A stretch of 64,000 bases of DNA, from the NCBI GenBank assembly GCA_964603645.1, contig CAZRVW010000001.1:12201-76200 (forward strand), written 5' to 3'. Source of the DNA: an uncultured Novosphingobium sp. Its GTDB lineage: Bacteria; Pseudomonadota; Alphaproteobacteria; Sphingomonadales; Sphingomonadaceae. The notes beneath the pieces were generated by a model. That model ran no database searches. It had not been told where the DNA came from and was given only the letters and a program-made list of their open reading frames with translations. The translations under genes were made by a program, and so were the position numbers. Positions 45,953 to 56,153 of this stretch are shown in pieces (the first letter of the stretch is position 1; the number at the start of each line of letters is the position of its first letter).

Positions 45953-47143
45953 ATGTCGAAACAGGTATTCGAAGGGCTACGGGTGCTCGATTTCGGGCGG
46001 TTCATCGCGGCACCGTGGTGCGCGGCGATCTTCGCCGATCTCGGCGCCGACGTCATCAGAGTCGAGAGGCGCGAAGGCGGAGAGGACCGCTATGTCCAGT
46101 CGCTCGACATTCCCGACGGTAGCGGCGCGGGTTATCTGCCGAATAATCGCGGCAAGCGCGGCATCACTCTCGACACCAGCACCGGGGAAGGCCGCAAGAT
46201 CGCCCACGAGCTGGTCAAGACCGCCGACGTCGTGATTGTCAACATGCCCGACCGGGTAATGGAAGCGCACGGGCTCGACTACGAGACGCTCAAGTCGGTC
46301 AAGCCCGACATCATCCTTGCCAGCGCCACAGCCTACGGACGTAGCGGCCCCTACTCCAACCGCATCGGCTTTGATGGCATCGGCCAGGTCATGTCGGGCG
46401 CGGTCTACCGCACCGGGCCGGAGGAACAACCGTACCGCTTCATGGTGCCCTATGTGGACTATGCGACAGCGCAGAACCTGGCCATCGCGACCATGGCGGC
46501 GATTGTGCACCGCGACCGCACCGGCGAGGGCCAGCACGTCGAAGCCTCGTTGCTGCTGTCAGCGCTTGCGGTGTCGGATGCTCTGCTGATCGACCAGGCG
46601 ATCCTCGAGGCGGATCATGGCCGCATCGGCAATCGCGGCCTCGCGGTCGGCCCCTGTGACCTGTTCAATATCGAGGGGCGCTGGATCCTCGTGCAGGTAA
46701 CCGGCACGCCGCTGTTCCACCGCTGGTGCAAGATGGTCGGCGAGGAAGGCTGGATGGATGATCCGCGATTCCTGCGCGACGAGCAACGCGCTTCGAACGG
46801 CGTGATCCTTAATGCCCGCATGCAGGAGTGGTGCGACACCCAGAAATTCGACGACGCCATGGCCGTGCTGGAAGAAAACCGCATCCCGGCAGCCGAAGTT
46901 CTCGCGCCGCGCCAGGTCCTCGAGCAGGAACACATCAAGGCGATGGGCTACCTCAAGCCGGTTGATTATCCGGGCCTCTCAAAACCCGCGCCGGTGATCC
47001 AGACGCCGTTCGAGATGTCGAAAACGCCGGGCCGGATCGCCATGCGCGCGCCGCTCCTGGGCGAGCACAATGCCGATGTACTGGGCGAGTTGGGCTACGA
47101 TGAGACGGCGATTGCAGGCCTAAAAGAGCAGGGCATAATCTGA
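45953..47143 (+). CDS. Family III CoA-transferase (CaiB/BaiF)
   Basis: Start ATG 45953; GLRVLDFGRFIAAP, NRGKR, PYVDYATA catalytic Asp; paralog of 11931..13112. Confidence 0.9.
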   Translation: MSKQVFEGLRVLDFGRFIAAPWCAAIFADLGADVIRVERREGGEDRYVQSLDIPDGSGAGYLPNNRGKRGITLDTSTGEGRKIAHELVKTADVVIVNMPDRVMEAHGLDYETLKSVKPDIILASATAYGRSGPYSNRIGFDGIGQVMSGAVYRTGPEEQPYRFMVPYVDYATAQNLAIATMAAIVHRDRTGEGQHVEASLLLSALAVSDALLIDQAILEADHGRIGNRGLAVGPCDLFNIEGRWILVQVTGTPLFHRWCKMVGEEGWMDDPRFLRDEQRASNGVILNARMQEWCDTQKFDDAMAVLEENRIPAAEVLAPRQVLEQEHIKAMGYLKPVDYPGLSKPAPVIQTPFEMSKTPGRIAMRAPLLGEHNADVLGELGYDETAIAGLKEQGII

Positions 47144-47640
47144 TGTTCGGCGGACCACGCATTGTCGATACCGAACAAGTCGAGGAACGCGAGGTCGTGC
47201 GCATCGAATTCGATGACGGGCGCTCTGCTTCGATCTGGGAACGGTTTCTGCTGCCCGGGCCTTCGATGTTCACGTTCTACAACAAGTGGGATCCGGGGAT
47301 GATCTCATTGAACCATGGTCACCAGTCGGACCATGTGGTCTATGTGCTCTCCGGCGAGGTCATGGTTGGCGATCGCCTCTGCAAGGCGGGCGCGCATATC
47401 TATCTCATCCATGGTGACCGTTTCGGCCCATGGATCGCGGGGCCGGAAGGGTGCGAGTTACTCGGGATTTTGAAGGGCCCAGGCGTAGCGGCGTTCTGGA
47501 CCGATCAGGACATGCAGGATTACATCGACCTGCTTGCCGAGCACGGCGCGCGGCAGGGCGAAGTCCCGCCGCTCAGCAACACCGAGCCGTGGATGAACCC
47601 ACCCGAAGCGGCCTTGCCCAGCCCGACAAAGGCGGAGTGA
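47143..47640 (+). CDS. Cupin-fold protein
   Basis: HGHQSDHVVYVLSGEV cupin motif 1, GPWIAGPEGCEL; TGATG coupling to upstream gene. Confidence 0.65.
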   Translation: MFGGPRIVDTEQVEEREVVRIEFDDGRSASIWERFLLPGPSMFTFYNKWDPGMISLNHGHQSDHVVYVLSGEVMVGDRLCKAGAHIYLIHGDRFGPWIAGPEGCELLGILKGPGVAAFWTDQDMQDYIDLLAEHGARQGEVPPLSNTEPWMNPPEAALPSPTKAE

Positions 47641-47641
47641 C

Positions 47642-48133
47642 ATGAACGACGTCGAAAAGATTCTGGCCATCGAGGAAATCAAGCAGCTCAAGGCCCGCTA
47701 TTTTCGGACCATGGACACCAAGGACTGGGACCAGTTCCGCACGATTTTCACCGAAGACGCCACGGTCGATTCGTCCGAAGCGTTCACGCCGCGCGATTTC
47801 GCCGGCAACCCGATCGAGCCGGGCCTGCCGGTCCAGGAACCCGACCCCGAGTTGATCGTGCATGGCGTCGACAATTTCATCGCGGAGCAGCATCGCCATC
47901 TCGATAATATGTCGACCGTACACCATGGGCACATGCCCGAAATCACGATTGTCTCCGACACTGAAGCCACCGGCATCTGGTCCATGGAAGACAAACTGCG
48001 TTGGCCCGAAGGCGCCGGTCCCATGCGCGAAATGCACGGTTACGGACACTATCGCGAAACCTACAAGAAGATCGACGGTGAGTGGCGCATCGCCTCGCTC
48101 AAACTCACCCGGATTCGTATCGACGCAGTCTGA
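47642..48133 (+). CDS. NTF2-fold dehydratase-like protein (BaiE/SnoaL_4 type)
   Basis: EEIKQLKARYFRTMDTKDW, TVHHGHMPEI, ATGIWSMED, GYGHYRETY. Confidence 0.82.
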   Translation: MNDVEKILAIEEIKQLKARYFRTMDTKDWDQFRTIFTEDATVDSSEAFTPRDFAGNPIEPGLPVQEPDPELIVHGVDNFIAEQHRHLDNMSTVHHGHMPEITIVSDTEATGIWSMEDKLRWPEGAGPMREMHGYGHYRETYKKIDGEWRIASLKLTRIRIDAV

Positions 48134-48175
48134 CGCGGCCGGAGCAAGTGAGCCTTTCCTTCATTGCTCCGCCTG

Positions 48176-49006
48176 TCAGGGCATCCATCCCCCACCCGAG
48201 ACACTGATCGTCTGTCCCGTCACGTAGCCAGCTTTGTCGGAGCAAAGGAACACGGCGAGGTTGGCAATGTCATCCGGCCGGCCGAACCGCTTGATCGGAA
48301 GGTGCGCCATTGGCACTGCCGCACTGTCCTCGCGCGCCTTTTGTAATTGTTCCGGAGTGACCAGCGAATCGAGCCCGAACCGGTGCCACAGGCTTCCTTC
48401 GCCCACGACATCGGGCGATTCGGGGACGATCAGCCCTGGGCAGATTGCATTGACCCGCACGCCCCAATCCGCCCAAGCGCCCGCAAGGGCTCTTGTCAGT
48501 ACGAGGACATAGCCCTTTGCAGAAGCATAGTTCACGAAGTCGTTCGCCGAGCCGGGCGTGTGTCCACCGCTGGACGAAATGTTGACAATGGCGCCGCCGC
48601 GTTCCCGAAAATCTGCCGCCACCGCCTGGGTGACACGCACGGTACCCTTCACGTTGAGCGCCAATTCCCATTCGAGAGTCTCGTCGTCCAGTTGATCGAA
48701 GGTTGCCGGCTGGCGCGCCCCGCCAGCATTGTTGACCAGAATGTCCACGGGGCCGAATTTTTCGCGGCAAGTGGCGATCATCGCGCCGATCGAGGCCCGG
48801 TCGGTCACGTCGGTCTCAATTGCCAGCACGCGACCGGGCAAGCCCTGCTCACGCGAGAGAAGTTCGACCTCCCCACCCTTCGCAAGGTCGCGGTCGGCAC
48901 AAACGACATTTGCGCCCTCAGCAGCAAAGCCCAGCACCAACCCTTGCCCGATCACCCCGCTGCCACCCGTCACGATGGCGGTCTTGCCAACCAGACCCAG
49001 ATCCAT
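48176..49006 (-). CDS. SDR oxidoreductase
   Basis: TGGSGVIG, NNAG, YASAK, RVNAICPG, GYVTGQ. Confidence 0.92.
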   Translation of the reverse strand: MDLGLVGKTAIVTGGSGVIGQGLVLGFAAEGANVVCADRDLAKGGEVELLSREQGLPGRVLAIETDVTDRASIGAMIATCREKFGPVDILVNNAGGARQPATFDQLDDETLEWELALNVKGTVRVTQAVAADFRERGGAIVNISSSGGHTPGSANDFVNYASAKGYVLVLTRALAGAWADWGVRVNAICPGLIVPESPDVVGEGSLWHRFGLDSLVTPEQLQKAREDSAAVPMAHLPIKRFGRPDDIANLAVFLCSDKAGYVTGQTISVSGGGWMP

Positions 49007-49035
49007 ACCGGCAATCTCCTTGGCAGCGCGAAAAC

Positions 49036-49785
49036 CTAAAGCCGCCCGAACACCTCCGCGCGGTCCGCCAGCGGCCCCTCATCCTCACCGCTGAAATCCT
49101 TGCTCGCGCTCGGCCTGCGCCGCGCCTCGTCGATCCGGCCAGGCTGGAACGTGTGGCAGGTCCCCCTCATGCCTAAGTCCTCAGCCTTCATTCTGGCAGG
49201 CATATTGAGTGAGCGTCCGCCCGCAACCATCGTCGCCCAGCGCAGCACCCGTGCGGCTTCGGCTTCCTCGCGGGGCAGACTGTCGATCCAGTCACCCATT
49301 TGCGCCAGCTTGAGGCCAGCGAGCGCCTCGGGCACCACGAATTTGCCCTTGTCGCGCACGAAATCGAGCACGCGCTCGCCATTGCGATAGAGCCTTGAAG
49401 CAATCACATCGCCAACGATGTCGTTGACGAAAATCTCGTAGGTCACACGCTCGCCCTCACCCGCGTGGCCCGCACAGAACGTCGCAAGATCATAGAGATG
49501 CGTGCAGTTGAGACTGCGCGCCTTGCGGACCGAAGGATCGTCGAACCGCTTGCCCAGGAATGTCTCGCGCACCACCGCCATGGCCCCGTCGCAGGTGGTC
49601 CACGGCCCGCGCGGCATCGCGCTGGTGACGCCGGTGATCGTCTCGCCGTCATGCTCGAGCGTAACGACCATGCGGTGATAGTCGTCCTCCAGCTCGGACC
49701 TTACCGCGCCGCGCCTCGGTTCAATGACGATGCGCCGGCGATAGCCGGGGAGCAATTCGGGATCGGGATATACTGGCGTGCTCAT
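49036..49785 (-). CDS. DUF2889-like protein
   Basis: Start ATG 49785; LEDDYHRM, PRGPWTTC, NCTHLYD, GTCHTF. Confidence 0.6.
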   Translation of the reverse strand: MSTPVYPDPELLPGYRRRIVIEPRRGAVRSELEDDYHRMVVTLEHDGETITGVTSAMPRGPWTTCDGAMAVVRETFLGKRFDDPSVRKARSLNCTHLYDLATFCAGHAGEGERVTYEIFVNDIVGDVIASRLYRNGERVLDFVRDKGKFVVPEALAGLKLAQMGDWIDSLPREEAEAARVLRWATMVAGGRSLNMPARMKAEDLGMRGTCHTFQPGRIDEARRRPSASKDFSGEDEGPLADRAEVFGRL

Positions 49786-49822
49786 GCCGCCACATTCGCA
49801 GGGCCTTGGCGCAACCGCAATA

Positions 49823-50734
49823 TCAGTCGAAACCAAGATCCTTGAAGATCTTGTTGAGCTTCTTCCATACCGTCTTGTTGTCGCCCGCCTTGTTGCGCTC
49901 GTTCAAGAAGTTGAACTCGTCCTCGCGCCAGACGATGTTCGTGAACAGCGGGTGGCCGATAGAGGCAAAGTTCTGGAATGCGGCGAGACCAAGATTGTGG
50001 AAATGCGCATGCATCGCCCGCTTGCTCAACAGCAGTCCATCGGTGGAAAGCGCCGCAACGGCGCGGGCAAAGCGCATCGCCTCGTCGTAGAGTTGATCCT
50101 CGGGCACCACGGAATTGGCAATCCCCCATTCCTTCATCTCATCGGCATAGACCGAGCGACCGGTCAGCTGGATTTCCATGCCGCGATTGAGCCCCATCTT
50201 GAGCAAGGCGATCGGAAGCTGGCCGTCGAAGGCGGCAAAGCCAATGCGCGACTGGCGACGCGCGAAGCGCGCATTATCGGTGCAGACCATCATGTCGCAG
50301 GCCAGCGCCAGCGACATGCCAAGGCCCATGACGTTACCTTGGCAAGCGGCAATCGTCACCTTGTCGCCCCAGATCATGCCGCGCTGGAGAGTCTCGTACG
50401 TGTGACGCATGTTGCGCATGCGGATCGACTGCGGCAGTCGCGCACCCTTCTTCAGGCCGAAGCTTTCGATCGGGGTCTTGCGCGTGTCCTCGCCCGCACA
50501 GAAGTCCGGACCTTCGGCGCGCAACACGATGACTTTCACTTTATCGTCGTCCTGGGCGCGCTCGAACTGCTCATGCAGCAGGTCGTTCATGCCGGGGATG
50601 GCAATGGCGTTACGACGATCCTCGCGGTTCAGCGAAATGATGGCGATGTGATCTTCGACCACCTCATACGTCACGCTGTTCGAGAGATCCTCGTGCGCAT
50701 AGCCCTCGCCAACCTTCGGGTCACTTTCGCTCAT
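49823..50734 (-). CDS. Enoyl-CoA hydratase/isomerase family (non-canonical active site)
   Basis: Start ATG 50734 after GGAG/GAGG; LNREDRRNAI, FCAGED, MGLGMSLALACD. Confidence 0.85.
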   Translation of the reverse strand: MSESDPKVGEGYAHEDLSNSVTYEVVEDHIAIISLNREDRRNAIAIPGMNDLLHEQFERAQDDDKVKVIVLRAEGPDFCAGEDTRKTPIESFGLKKGARLPQSIRMRNMRHTYETLQRGMIWGDKVTIAACQGNVMGLGMSLALACDMMVCTDNARFARRQSRIGFAAFDGQLPIALLKMGLNRGMEIQLTGRSVYADEMKEWGIANSVVPEDQLYDEAMRFARAVAALSTDGLLLSKRAMHAHFHNLGLAAFQNFASIGHPLFTNIVWREDEFNFLNERNKAGDNKTVWKKLNKIFKDLGFD

Positions 50735-50754
50735 CCGCCTCACTCCTTGGCGAT

Positions 50755-50772
50755 CAATTGTCTAACTTTTAG
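50755..50772. promoter_or_regulatory. Candidate FadR-type operator, motif 2
   Basis: CAATTGTCTAACTTTTAG; 16/18 identical to the reverse complement of 50881..50898. Confidence 0.65.
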
Positions 50773-50776
50773 CTGA

Positions 50777-50816
50777 ATTGCTATTCGCGAAGGCATCGAC
50801 TTTGTCAAATAGCAAT
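50777..50816. promoter_or_regulatory. 9-bp inverted repeat in divergent promoter
   Basis: ATTGCTATT-N22-AATAGCAAT. Confidence 0.3.
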
Positions 50817-50880
50817 ACGGCTGGCGATCGCCCCTACGACCGCCAAGGTCGCAAACACCCGGCGATTGCCTTGCAAAACC

Positions 50881-50898
50881 CTAAAGGTTAGATAATTG
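50881..50898. promoter_or_regulatory. Candidate FadR-type operator, motif 2
   Basis: CTAAAGGTTAGATAATTG just downstream of TTGCAA at 50871. Confidence 0.65.
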
Positions 50899-50978
50899 GA
50901 AAGCCATTCGGGCCTTGACGGCGATTGACGATTCGCCGGTGCAGGTCCACGTTTCAAATGAACTTAAGGAGAGCGAAA

Positions 50979-52220
50979 GTGGCCACGCAAGCGACACTGG
51001 AAAAGTTCCCGGAACAGGCCGATGGCGTCCAGATCGACCCCGGTCTCGGCTATGCCGTATTTGACGCCGACAATCATTATTACGAGGCGCAAGACGCGCT
51101 TACCCGCCATTTACCCGCCGAGTGGAAGCGGCGCGGTCCCAAGTGGATCGAGATGAACGGGCGCAAGCGGCTGATGCTGGGCGACAAGCTTTACGGCTTC
51201 ATCCCGAACCCGACGTTCGATCCGATTGCCAAGCCCGGCTGCCTGCACGATTATTTCGCCGCCAAGCTCGACGGCGCCGATCTGAAGACCGCGATGGGCG
51301 ATCTCGAGCCGCTGTCCAGCCGCCCAGAATATTTCGATCGCGACGCGCGGCTCGCCGTGATGGACGATCAGGGCGTCGGAGCGACCTGGCTGTTCCCGAC
51401 CCTTGCGGTGACTCTCGAAGTGCCGATGCAGCCCGATATCGAAGCAGTGTTGGCAACGCTTCGCTCATTCAACCGCTGGCTCGCAGAGGACTGGGGCCTC
51501 GCTTACAAGGACCGCCTGTTCGGCGTGCCGATGATTTCGCTGTCCGATCCCGACTGGGCGGTCGAGGAAGTCGAATGGGCGATCCGCCAGGGCGCCAAGG
51601 TTATCTCGATGCGCAACGGGCCGGTCTATACGCCAACCGGCACGACATCCCCGGGCGCGCCCGAATACGATCCTTTCTGGGCGCGTTGCGAGGAGGCCAA
51701 TATCGTCGTCGCTCCGCACGCGGGCAATGACGGCTATGAGTTCATCGGCAACATGTGGGAGCCGGGCGGCTACGGCGCATTCAGTGTTTCGCCGCTGCAC
51801 AAGGTCGTCACCTCGCAGCGCGCGGTGCCCGATTTCTTCGCGGCGCTGGTCTGCCACAAGGTGTTCGAGCGCTTCCCGCGCCTGCGCGTCGCCTCGGTCG
51901 AGAACGGAGCGAGCTGGGTCAGGCCAGTGCTGACGCGCCTGTTCCGCGGACATGCCCAGACCAAGGGTTACTACAAGAAGAACCCGGTCGATCAGTTCAT
52001 CGAACACATCTGGGTCACCCCGTTCTGGGAGGACAAGATCGAGGAACTGGTGCAGGACATTCCCGTCGAGCGGATCATTTTCGGCAGCGATTGGCCGCAC
52101 ACTGAAGGTGTCGAAAAACCGCTCGACTTCCTCGAGAGCCTCTCCAGCCTCAATGCGGAAGACACCCGCAAAGTGATGCGCGACAATGCCGCAGAGCTGA
52201 CCGCGACCGCCAATTCGTGA
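50979..52220 (+). CDS. Amidohydrolase_2 family protein (ACMSD-like hydratase/decarboxylase group)
   Basis: GTG start after AAGGAGAG; DADNHYYE, PHAG, FERFPRL...ENG, FGSDWPHTEG. Confidence 0.88.
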   Translation: MATQATLEKFPEQADGVQIDPGLGYAVFDADNHYYEAQDALTRHLPAEWKRRGPKWIEMNGRKRLMLGDKLYGFIPNPTFDPIAKPGCLHDYFAAKLDGADLKTAMGDLEPLSSRPEYFDRDARLAVMDDQGVGATWLFPTLAVTLEVPMQPDIEAVLATLRSFNRWLAEDWGLAYKDRLFGVPMISLSDPDWAVEEVEWAIRQGAKVISMRNGPVYTPTGTTSPGAPEYDPFWARCEEANIVVAPHAGNDGYEFIGNMWEPGGYGAFSVSPLHKVVTSQRAVPDFFAALVCHKVFERFPRLRVASVENGASWVRPVLTRLFRGHAQTKGYYKKNPVDQFIEHIWVTPFWEDKIEELVQDIPVERIIFGSDWPHTEGVEKPLDFLESLSSLNAEDTRKVMRDNAAELTATANS

Positions 52221-53044
52221 GTGACGCGGGAGAGGAAATTCCGGTCCTGAGCGAGGTCGACCAGGGCGTCGGCCTCATCACGCTCAACCGTCCGGACAAG
52301 CTCAATGCCTGGACCCCGGCGATGCGGCTCGCCTATTTCGACACGCTCGAAGCTTACGCGAGCGATCCCGATGTGCGCGCGATTGTCGTGCGCGGCGCCG
52401 GGCGGGGTTTCTGCTCTGGCGCCGACCTCTCGATAATCCGCGCACCCGATGCCCAGAGCGAAGCTGCGCGAGCTGCCGAGACGCGCGAATATTGGTTCCC
52501 GCTCTCTATCGGCAAGCCGATCGTCGCCGCGATTCACGGGCCATGCCTCGGCATCGGCCTGCAACAGGCGATGTTCTGCGACATCCGCTTCGCCGCACGC
52601 GATGCGAAGATCGGTGCGCCCTATGTACGGCGCGGTATCGTCGGTGAAATGGGCATCACCTGGATGCTGTCGCGACTCTGCGGAGCCGGCGCGGCCAACG
52701 ACATCATGCTTTCGGGCCGCACGCTTTCGGGAGAGGAGGCAGCTGGCATCAGTCTCGTCAACGAGGCAGTGGAACCGGATGCCGTGTTCGACCGCGCCAT
52801 GGCCTATGCCCGCGATCTGGCCGCTAATTGCTCGCCGCTCGCCATGCGCACGGTCAAGCTGCAGCTCTACCATGACCTGATGGACGATTTCACGCCGAGC
52901 TTCGACCGTTCCGAACGCCTGCTCGACGAAGTGCTGCGTGGCGAGGACGTGAAAGAGGGCATTGCCGCCGTGCGCGAGAAGCGTCCGGTCAGTTTCCCCG
53001 GCCTCGACCAGCAGCTTGGCAGCACCGGAGCCTTGCCGAAATGA
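52217..53044 (+). CDS. Enoyl-CoA hydratase/isomerase family
   Basis: GTGA overlap; LNRPDKLNAW, FCSGAD, CLGIGL...CD, RGIVGEMG. Confidence 0.88.
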   Translation: MSDAGEEIPVLSEVDQGVGLITLNRPDKLNAWTPAMRLAYFDTLEAYASDPDVRAIVVRGAGRGFCSGADLSIIRAPDAQSEAARAAETREYWFPLSIGKPIVAAIHGPCLGIGLQQAMFCDIRFAARDAKIGAPYVRRGIVGEMGITWMLSRLCGAGAANDIMLSGRTLSGEEAAGISLVNEAVEPDAVFDRAMAYARDLAANCSPLAMRTVKLQLYHDLMDDFTPSFDRSERLLDEVLRGEDVKEGIAAVREKRPVSFPGLDQQLGSTGALPK

Positions 53045-54624
53045 GCAGCGCCGATGTCTTGACGGACGCTGCCCTCTCAGTTCGCCATGGCGGAAACCAA
53101 CCGCCGATCCCCGAAGGTTCGCTCGCGGCCATGCTGCGCGATCGGGCCGAACGGTTCGGCGATCGACCTGCCCTGCTGGTGCCACAGGAAGGCGGCGGTG
53201 TCGCGCCGATCTCCTACGCCGAAATGGTCGCACGGGCCGAAAACGTCGCGCTGTGGTTGAAGGATCGTTGCGAACCGGGGTCGCGGGTGGTGATCTGGTC
53301 GCGTAACGCCTTGGAAAGCGTGATCGTCCAGCACGCTTGCGCGCTTGCCGGGATGGTCGTTGCCCATTTCAACACCGGCTGGACCGATCCCGAAGTGCGC
53401 CACGCCTGCGCCCTGATCGAGCCTTCATTAGGTTTCGCCGGCCTTGGTTTTCGCGATGCCGATCTCGGCGAGAGACTAGCTCCCGTCGCCAACTTCCCGG
53501 TGCTAACTCTTTCGGATGTGGCAGCCATTGCCGAGACGCCCAGGATCGGCGACCTGCCCGATCCCGGCGCGGATGCACCCTGCCTGATCCAGTTCACCAG
53601 CGGCACCACCGGCAAGAGCAAGGGTGCTCTCCTATCGCATCGCTGCGTGATCTATGGCGGCTGGCTGCGTCCGGCGGTCTATGGCGGCAACGAGGACGAC
53701 GTCTGGCTCAACGCAGTAGCGTATCATCACATCGGCGGCTCGATCGCGATCATGGTCGGCGCGCTCGCCACGGCCAGCGCCTTTGTCGTGCTCGAACGCT
53801 ATAACCGCGACCAGACCGTCCAACTGATGCGCGAATTGCGGCCCTCTCGAATGGGCGGTGTACCGACCATGTGGCACGATATTCTCGCTTCGCCCGCGCT
53901 CCCTTCGGACCGAGCCGTTCGCATCGTCACCCTTGGCGGAGCCAGTGTGCCGCCCTCGCTGGTGCGCGAAGTCATGGAAAAGACCGGCGGCACCGTCGCG
54001 ACCGGATATGGCCAGTCGGAAAGCGGCGCGATCACCAATACCGTGCCCGAGGATTCAGTCGACCTTCTGTGCGAAACCATTGGTCGTGCATCGCCGCACA
54101 CCGAAGTGATGATTGCGCACCCTGAAACCGGGGAAGCATTGCCGATCGGCGAAGTCGGCGAAATCTGCGCGCGCAGCCCCGGCAACATGACGGAATACTG
54201 GGGCAATCCCGAGGCGACCGCCGAAACGATCCGGGCCGATGGCTTCCTGCGCACCGGCGATCTCGGGTCGATGGACAAAAAAGGCTATGTCCGTTTCGCT
54301 GGCCGCACGCGCGAAGTCATCATTCGCGGCGGCGAGAACATCTATCCCGCTGAAGTTGAGGACGCCCTGCTCTCCCATCCTGCCGTGGATCAGGCTGCCG
54401 TGGTCAAGGTGCCACACGCACGTCTGGGGCATGAGGTCGGCGCTGTGGTGACGCTGACCGATGGAGCAGAGGCCGAATTCTCAGAACTGGAAGCGCACGT
54501 CGCCCAGCGGGTCGCCCACTTCAAGGTACCGCGCCACTGGCGCGTGGTCGAGGCTATGCCGCTCACCGTCTCGGGCAAGATCCGCAAGGTCGAGCTGGAG
54601 AAACTCTTCGAGGCCGAGTTATGA
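53041..54624 (+). CDS. AMP-forming acyl-CoA ligase
   Basis: FTSGTTGKSKG, GYGQSE, LRTGDLG, RGGENIYPAEVE, SGKIRK. Confidence 0.92.
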   Translation: MSSADVLTDAALSVRHGGNQPPIPEGSLAAMLRDRAERFGDRPALLVPQEGGGVAPISYAEMVARAENVALWLKDRCEPGSRVVIWSRNALESVIVQHACALAGMVVAHFNTGWTDPEVRHACALIEPSLGFAGLGFRDADLGERLAPVANFPVLTLSDVAAIAETPRIGDLPDPGADAPCLIQFTSGTTGKSKGALLSHRCVIYGGWLRPAVYGGNEDDVWLNAVAYHHIGGSIAIMVGALATASAFVVLERYNRDQTVQLMRELRPSRMGGVPTMWHDILASPALPSDRAVRIVTLGGASVPPSLVREVMEKTGGTVATGYGQSESGAITNTVPEDSVDLLCETIGRASPHTEVMIAHPETGEALPIGEVGEICARSPGNMTEYWGNPEATAETIRADGFLRTGDLGSMDKKGYVRFAGRTREVIIRGGENIYPAEVEDALLSHPAVDQAAVVKVPHARLGHEVGAVVTLTDGAEAEFSELEAHVAQRVAHFKVPRHWRVVEAMPLTVSGKIRKVELEKLFEAEL

Positions 54625-56153
54625 GCGCCGAGACAATCGCACGGGTGCTCAAGGAGCAGGCCGCGCTGGGCGACAAGGCATTCGTCGTTATCGACGATGA
54701 CCGGCGTACTTATGCAGAGGCCGAGAGCCGCTCGCGCAGGGTGGCGGCGGCGCTGATCGCAGCCGGTGCAGGGCGCGGCAGCCGCGTCGCCATGCTGATG
54801 GGCAACAGCTCGGACTACGCGGTGACATTTTTCGGAATTACCCGCATCGGCGCCACGGCCCTGCCTTTCAGCACCATGTCGACCCCGCACGAGCTGGCCG
54901 GTATGCTGGCGCGCGCCGACTGCGAATACCTCGTAGCCGCCAAGAGCTATCGCGGGCGCGACTTCCGCGAAGTGCTTACAGGTGTGCTGGGGCAGGAGCC
55001 GGATGGACTATTGATGGTCCCCGAAATTCCGACCCTGCGCCGCGTCTGGTTCGGAGCCGATGCGCTGGAAAGTCAGGACGCACCCGATGCAACGGTGCTC
55101 GCCGCCGATGCGCAAGTTACCCCTGCCGATACCATGGTGCTCGTCCATACCTCGGGTTCTACGAGCGCGCCCAAGGGCGTCATCCACACCCACGGGCAAG
55201 TGATTCGCAACATGCGCCGTCAGAACGCGACGCGACAACTCACGCCCGACGAGGTGCTATTCGCCAATGCGCCGTGGTTTTGGGTCGGCGGCCTCGCCTA
55301 TTCGTTCCTCTCGACGTTCATCGCCGGGGCGCGGCTGCTCTGTTCCTCCGCCCGGCCCGCCGACATGCTCGATCTGATCGAACGCGAACGCCCGACCATG
55401 ACTAATGGCGTCGCCTCGACCATGCTGGCGCTTGAACAGGACCCAAGCTTTGCCGGGCGAGACCTTTCGTTCATGCGGCGCGGCAACCTCTATCCGATCA
55501 TGCCGCCTGAAGTGCGACCCAAGGATCCCGAATTGCGCCACAATCTGCTTGGCATGACCGAGGTCGGCAGCGTGTGCATCGTCGGCGATACCGAGGATGA
55601 CCTGCCAGAGGAGATGCGCGGTTCCTATGGCAAGCCTGTCGAGGGCGTGGACATTCGGATCGTCGATCCAGAAACCGGGCTAGATGGTCCCAATGGCGAA
55701 CTTTGGCTGCGCGGACCCAACGTGATGCAGGGTTACTACGGGCGCGAGAGGCACGACACATTCGATGCCGATGGCTGGTACCACTCGGGCGACATGTTCA
55801 CCGTCGACGCCAATGGATACTACTATTTCAAGGGCCGCACCGGCGACATCATCCGCACCAATGGCGCGCAGGTCAGCCCGCGCGAAGTCGAAGGCGTGCT
55901 CAGCGACGTAACCGGGGGGCGAACGGCCATCGTGATCGGCGTGCCGGACGAAAAGCGCGGGCAGGCCGTAACCGCCGTGATGGTCGGCAGCGAACCGGTC
56001 GACGCGGCAGAGCTGACGGCATCGCTGCGCGAGCGGCTTTCGCCCTACAAGGTGCCGCGCCGCTTCCTGATCATGACAGAGGACGAACTGCCCGTGCTGT
56101 CGAGCGGCAAGATCGACCTGAAAAAGCTGGTGGAGATTGCCAGTGAGCGCTGA
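54621..56153 (+). CDS. AMP-forming acyl-CoA ligase
   Basis: HTSGSTSAPKGVIHTHG, LGMTE, HSGD, GRTGD, SGKID. Confidence 0.9.
   Translation: MSAETIARVLKEQAALGDKAFVVIDDDRRTYAEAESRSRRVAAALIAAGAGRGSRVAMLMGNSSDYAVTFFGITRIGATALPFSTMSTPHELAGMLARADCEYLVAAKSYRGRDFREVLTGVLGQEPDGLLMVPEIPTLRRVWFGADALESQDAPDATVLAADAQVTPADTMVLVHTSGSTSAPKGVIHTHGQVIRNMRRQNATRQLTPDEVLFANAPWFWVGGLAYSFLSTFIAGARLLCSSARPADMLDLIERERPTMTNGVASTMLALEQDPSFAGRDLSFMRRGNLYPIMPPEVRPKDPELRHNLLGMTEVGSVCIVGDTEDDLPEEMRGSYGKPVEGVDIRIVDPETGLDGPNGELWLRGPNVMQGYYGRERHDTFDADGWYHSGDMFTVDANGYYYFKGRTGDIIRTNGAQVSPREVEGVLSDVTGGRTAIVIGVPDEKRGQAVTAVMVGSEPVDAAELTASLRERLSPYKVPRRFLIMTEDELPVLSSGKIDLKKLVEIASER

Noticed and set aside
26389-48133. Canonical steroid degradation cluster
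   Set aside because: FadD3-, Ltp2- and BaiE-like genes are present, but no kstD, kshAB, hsaA-D or ipdAB was recognised; unresolved rather than excluded
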